Assembly: GCA_000146045.2 (NCBI GenBank)
Contig: BK006943.2
Location: forward strand, 480,001 to 544,000
Length of the DNA stretch: 64,000 nucleotides
Direction of reading: 5' to 3'
DNA from: TPA_inf: Saccharomyces
Taxonomy: Eukaryota
Made by a program: the position numbers and the translations under genes. Every line of letters begins with the position of its first letter. The first letter of the stretch is position 1. The notes below the pieces were generated by a model. It had not been told where the DNA came from and did no database searches. It worked only from the letters and a program-made list of their open reading frames with translations. This document shows, piece by piece, positions 59,267 to 64,000 of the stretch.

Positions 59267-60765
59267 GAATTATCGTTGTTAGCATGATTTTTAAGATTGA
59301 GCATTTTATTCATTTTTAACCATATAATAGTGAAGGTGAGGACTAATAACAAAGTACTTGTTGAAAGGGTCGGGTTGCTTTTAGGTTTTTTCTTCTCGTT
59401 AAGGATTTCCCACTTGTCTGGCAAGGCGTCAAGCAGACTTGGAAAATAATGATATTATGTCAGAATTTTTGTGTGAGGCGCTTCTATTGCAAGTTTGTGA
59501 CACCTTATAATAAAAGTGAACCATGTATTTACATATGATTAGGGAAAGTTCCACCATCATCTTATGATCTTCATGGCCGTTTTGGTCTTCTTTTTAACTT
59601 GAAGTCCAACTTGGCGACTGTACATATATACATATATATAGCAATAAGTATAACAAGGCAACAAATCAGGTCCCATTATTTAATTTGAAGTCATCTACTG
59701 CCCCATAAGAACCTCTATATTATCAGTAGATTCTTTCTTTTAGGGAAATCGAACCTCGATATTGTAAGAGAAACCCGCGCCACTCCTAAAAAGGTATTTT
59801 GAAGGAGAGGATGATTTGGAGCAACATTTGGTACACTTTATCCTCAGTTTTTCGCTAACTACCTCGCAACTTGTTGTTGTGGATGAAATTTTTGATATTA
59901 ATTTCAATAAATAAAATATATGCAAATATCATTATAATTTGTCAAGTGCGGGAAATAGACTATGCAGTGATTTAGTGTGCAAGTTTGCCCACTTCACATT
60001 CATACCAAATATTTCTTCCCACTCATTTTTATCGTATTAGCACTACATACGTGACTTTTTAGCTCAGCTTTCGGACTGGATAGCTTTACTGACTTACTTT
60101 CTACAAGCGATATCATTCGTCACAGTACTCCAAAGAAGTCTGGGCATTTAATTTTCTTCTTTATCAAGTCCGCCATTATGAAGGAATGTATTGGGTAATA
60201 GTTGACATACCGATGTTCTGCTGGTAGCATCGATGAACGAAAATAGGTAACGGCTTGCCGCTGAAGATATTGGAAATGAGACAGATCATTCTAGGGTAAA
60301 ATGCGCTGTAGAGCTAGCGTCAATTGCGATTTTCGAACACTGGCTGCAGGTATTTCTGTTTTCTCGGCTTTCATTATAGTAATGTGAAGCTACTAGGAGA
60401 ATCACGAAACATCTTTTTAGTAGGATGAGAACACCACGCTCTCCTAACTGGAAGTAATTTTTGGTATGCTTAGAGATCTGTTCCTCTCTTATGACTTCTT
60501 TTTCGCCTACTATAAACTTAATATCAACATATTTAGTTAGTTTTTTCAGAGCAATACGTGTTTATTTTTTCACAACTTCGCATGGCATTATGTATCATTG
60601 CAGCGTAAATTTTTACATTTAGTAATATCTAATAACATATACACAAAAAAGGGACAGATTTTTGAATTAAATAAACCAAGCGTAAATCAGTATTGCTCTT
60701 ACCGCAGTAGGGGGAGTTATCTACTCCTGCTTAACGTAGAGAAACAATAGTAAAAGTTATGCTTG

Positions 60766-61094
60766 TGTTGGAATAAAAATCAACTATCGGCTGGCAACTA
60801 ATAGGGACACTACCAATATATTATCATATACGGTGTTAGACGATGACATAAGATACGAGGAACTGTCATCGAAGTTAGAGGAAGCTGAAATGCAAGGATT
60901 GATAATGTAATAGGATAATGAAACATATAAAACGGAATGAGGAATAATCGTAATATTAGTATATAGAGATAAAGATTCCATTTTGAGGATTCCTATATCC
61001 TCGAGGAGAACTTCTAGTATATTCTGTATACCTGATATTATAGCCTTTACCAACAATAGAATCCCACCAATTATCTCAAAATTCACCAGTATCT
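60766..61094 (+). repeat. Solo delta LTR of the same subfamily as the Ty1 3' LTR at 3635-3972.
   Basis: TGTTGGAATAAAAATCAACTATCGGCTGGCAACTAATAGG...GGAATCCCACCAATTATCTCAAAATTCACC. Its 3' end is fused directly to the next delta. Confidence 0.88.
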
Positions 61095-61427
61095 TAAAGA
61101 GAATGTGGATTTTGATGTAATTGTTGGGATTCCATTGTGATTAAGGCTATAATATTAGGTATGTAGAAAGTACTAGAAGTTCTCCTCCAGGATTTAGGAA
61201 TCCATAAAAGGGAATCTGCAATTCTACACAATTCTATAAATATTATTATCATCATTTTATATGTTAATATTCATTGATCCTATTACATTATCAATCCTTG
61301 CGTTTCAGCTTCCACTAATTTAGATGACTATTTCTCATCATTTGCGTCATCTTCTAACACCGTATATGATAATATACTAGTAACGTAAATACTAGTTAGT
61401 AGATGATAGTTGATTTTTATTCCAACA
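61095..61427 (-). repeat. Solo delta LTR, inverted and tail-to-tail with the preceding delta. It is nearly identical to the delta at 58103-58434 and lies 80 bp upstream of tD(GUC).
   Basis: The reverse complement reads TGTTGGAATAAAAATCAACTATCATCTACTAACTAGTATTTACGTTACTAGTATATTATCATATACGGTGTTAGAAGATGACGCAAATGATGAG... Confidence 0.9.
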
Positions 61428-61507
61428 TATCTCAACATTAATTACTCGGAACTTTTTTTTGATTTGTTATATAATAACAGAAAATCCAGATTTGTACAGA
61501 AAGAAAA

Positions 61508-61579
61508 TCCGTGATAGTTTAATGGTCAGAATGGGCGCTTGTCGCGTGCCAGATCGGGGTTCAATTCCCCGTCGCGGAG
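61508..61579 (+). tRNA. tD(GUC): tRNA-Asp (anticodon GUC), 72 nt.
   Basis: TCCGTGATAGTTTAATGGTCAGAATGGGCGCTTGTCGCGTGCCAGATCGGGGTTCAATTCCCCGTCGCGGAG, followed by T7. Confidence 0.96.
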
Positions 61580-61791
61580 ATTTTTTTGGCTACTGTTGCG
61601 GTTACATATAACATACTTTTTGCATATATCGTAAGTTATCAGACACCATCTGGCTCACTGAAAGTTTATTTCTATGTGCTTTCTGAAACGTATGTATATA
61701 TGAGATTCAAAAACAATATTTAAATATTTTCGATATTATACCTACAATGCAATGGGCTCCTTCTAACTTGAGAACCTCTTCCCGGGTGTTC

Positions 61792-62502
61792 TTACAGGTC
61801 CATATCCTGGCGGAAACTCCTTATGTCTACTTCTGAATCAGAATCCAATTTCGGTTTTTTTTCATAATGTGTATTTTCACGATCACGCTCACGCTCATGT
61901 CCAAGTCCCGTTATGTCATTTAGGTTTCTCGTGTCCCCTCTTCCGTGATTGATTGTTCGTGCTTTCCAGGATTTTATACGACTAGCATTCCTAGGAGGAT
62001 GTTCGACACTTAAAGGCGGCATAGAAAGTCTAAATTTAGGTGCTATATTTTCATTAATATTTGAGAGGTCCCCATTTGATTCGTTGAAACTGAAATTATA
62101 CTTGACTGCGCTGTCTTTTTCAAAAGGTTCCTTATGAGCTTCATTTTCGCGGTGTTGGTTTTCACTGAACTTATTAAGCTTTCTTTCCCTTTCTTTCACC
62201 GGATTTAAAGATTTATCCTGCGAGTTTGAAAGGATATCATTTCTTCGTTTATAGCACCAAGCCCTTAACTCGTCAGCAGTCACATTTGAGTCCAATGCAC
62301 ATAGTATATCATCCAAACAGGTGAGGTAGCCCTGATGTTTGGTTAAAGAGTTTTTCTCATTAGCCACCCGGTAAAGTCTTGTCACCGCATTGGCGGCTAG
62401 CTTGAACTCTTGAGAAAGTTCCAAATTAAGACTCTCAATCGCTTGCTTTGTAGGAGGTTGCTCTGGAGGTAAACTTGATTCCAATGAATGCATTTGCTCC
62501 AT
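61792..62502 (-). CDS. YJR056C: YJR056C, uncharacterized protein (236 aa).
   Basis: 236-aa ORF with ATG at 62500-62502 and coding-like composition. Synteny. Confidence 0.85.
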   Translation of the reverse strand: MEQMHSLESSLPPEQPPTKQAIESLNLELSQEFKLAANAVTRLYRVANEKNSLTKHQGYLTCLDDILCALDSNVTADELRAWCYKRRNDILSNSQDKSLNPVKERERKLNKFSENQHRENEAHKEPFEKDSAVKYNFSFNESNGDLSNINENIAPKFRLSMPPLSVEHPPRNASRIKSWKARTINHGRGDTRNLNDITGLGHERERDRENTHYEKKPKLDSDSEVDIRSFRQDMDL

Positions 62503-62955
62503 AATTGAATATATTCTGCTCTTGAATTAGATATGTGTCGTCGGTAAAAAAGGTTTCTTGAAATGTAATTGTATGAGCTGCCACGATGCTAAACTGCAAA
62601 ACGACGTAAGACAAGTACAGTAGAATGAATGGCTGCGCTTCACCACCAATGATTTGTATCAGGCTAACGTGCACTTGGAAGGTGGAAACGATGCTTTTGT
62701 CCAGATGCCTTTACGAGTAAGGAAAAAGAACCATTTGAAATTTTTTCAAGCGCACTTTTAGAACAAATTCGAAAAGTGAAGAAAATATAGGTGGGGTAAC
62801 AAGGAAAAGAGGCTACAAGAGTTCGTTAATATATTATCTCCGTATTGTGTAAAGGAATATGTCACAATTTGATAATAACTCTTCGTTAAGAGCTTGAAAG
62901 AAATATTTCAACTTGCAAGTCTGGGAAGTGAATGGAGACATAAAAAACAAAAAAA

Positions 62956-63044
62956 TCTCCCGGGGGCGAGTCGAACGCCCGATCTCAAGATTTCGTAGTG
63001 ATAAATTACAGTCTTGCGCCTTAAACCAACTTGGCTACCGAGAG
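62956..63044 (-). tRNA. SUP4: tRNA-Tyr (anticodon GUA) with a 14-nt intron, 89 nt. Position matches SUP4.
   Basis: The reverse complement reads CTCTCGGTAGCCAAGTTGGTTTAAGGCGCAAGACTGTAA[TTTATCACTACGAA]ATCTTGAGATCGGGCGTTCGACTCGCCCCCGGGAGA. A T-run follows on the gene strand. Confidence 0.93.
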
Positions 63045-63446
63045 TATTTAATTGTTGAAGAAAGAGTATACTACATAACACATATACAATTGAAAAAGAG
63101 ATTTCAAATAATTATCCGGTCCTTCCAAGATGGTTCAGAGTGAAATTTATACTAAAGCTAAGGGATGGAAGAGAATACTGACAAATTAATGAACAAATAC
63201 TTGAAATGAGATAGCAACTGAGGAACAAACGTAAGTATTTTCAACGGAATTAGAAATAGCGACATCATGACCAGCTTATTCGCAAATGTGATTTTCGGTT
63301 GGGAAGTATTAAGTCAGCATCATCATATGAAAATACTTCATAACTTTTCTGGAGGATACCTTTTGAAGAGAGAAACCTGTATTTTGCACAGTGGATTAGA
63401 GCCGAAACTTCATATGCTGCTGCGTTATTTTCCATAGCTATAGTAA

Positions 63447-63780
63447 CGTTGGAACAAGAATCAACTATTACCTATCGAAGAGTTTTCATGTTACTATTAT
63501 ATTATCCCATACTGTGTAAGAAGATAACATAAGGATTGAGAAACAGTAACAAAGTCTAATGAAAGCTAAAAATGCAAGGATTGATAATGTAATAGGATAA
63601 TGAGTGACAAAGTATCAAAGAAGGAATAAAAAAAAGACATTATTATGTTGAACTAGTGACACCCTTTTGTGGATTCCTACATACCCAGAGAGAACTCCTA
63701 GTATATTCTGTATACCTAATATTAAGTCTTTACCAACAATGGAATCCCAGCAATTATCAAAAAATTCACCTTTCTTCCAA
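63447..63780 (+). repeat. Solo delta LTR of the diverged subfamily, about 400 bp upstream of SUP4.
   Basis: CGTTGGAACAAGAATCAACTATTACC...AAAATGCAAGGATTGATAATGTAATAGGATAATGAG...CCAACAATGGAATCCCAGCAATTATC. Confidence 0.85.
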
Positions 63781-64000
63781 ACATTAATTTGTTCCACGGG
63801 TCCATTTTTATAATTACGAAATAATTGTGCATTGGTAACAAAGGGAGAAAGCGATATCCTAAACTAGTAGGTTACAGTTGATAATATAAAAAGTTGGAAA
63901 ATAGCTTAGAAATGAAGAAGAGAATAACGGCTTCTATGCGGTTGTGACTTTTGACGCGTTAGGCGTGGTGCTAAAGATGGCGAAAAAATGTAACGTCTTC

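Noticed and set aside
63615-63797. 60-aa ORF (-) [12 protein letters not shown]...
   Set aside because: It lies inside the delta LTR at 63447-63780 and is a chance ORF.

Overview
This window is Saccharomyces cerevisiae nuclear DNA from the right arm of chromosome X. Gene order, protein lengths and sequences match the S288C interval from the 3' half of a Ty1 element (YJR029W TYB) through YJR030C to YJR056C and the tRNA-Tyr gene SUP4. From memory this is roughly chrX:480,001-544,000; that offset is an inference, not a lookup. I can support 24 protein-coding genes, 6 tRNA genes and at least 7 Ty1-type LTRs. The coding genes are YJR030C, GEA1, CPR7, RAV1, PET191, RAD26, HUL4, YJR039W, GEF1, URB2, NUP85, POL32, VPS55, SSC1, TAH11, ANB1, CYC1, UTR1, ISY1, OSM1, RAD7, BFA1, KCH1 and HIT1, plus YJR056C. 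The tRNAs are initiator Met, Ser-AGA, Gly-GCC, Arg-CCU, Asp-GUC and Tyr-GUA. The LTRs are one LTR attached to the partial Ty1 and six solo or relic deltas sitting next to tRNA genes. Recognisable regulatory DNA includes the classical CYC1 UAS1/UAS2/TATA promoter and CYC1 terminator, Rox1 hypoxic operators and poly(dA:dT) in the ANB1 promoter, a perfect step-type heat-shock element upstream of SSC1, and MCB cell-cycle boxes upstream of POL32 and YJR030C. The supplied ORF track treats TTG/GTG/CTG as starts, so several tracked ORFs carry spurious N-terminal extensions; I re-anchored those genes to the first in-frame ATG (YJR030C, PET191, RAD26, GEF1, CYC1, BFA1, KCH1). This is a densely annotated, well-studied reference region, and I see no evidence of a novel or undescribed system. 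Everything worth a second look is a local feature: Ty/LTR architecture around tRNA genes, a Ty1 LTR supplying the stop codon of YJR030C, promoter palindromes, microsatellites and a possible ARS.
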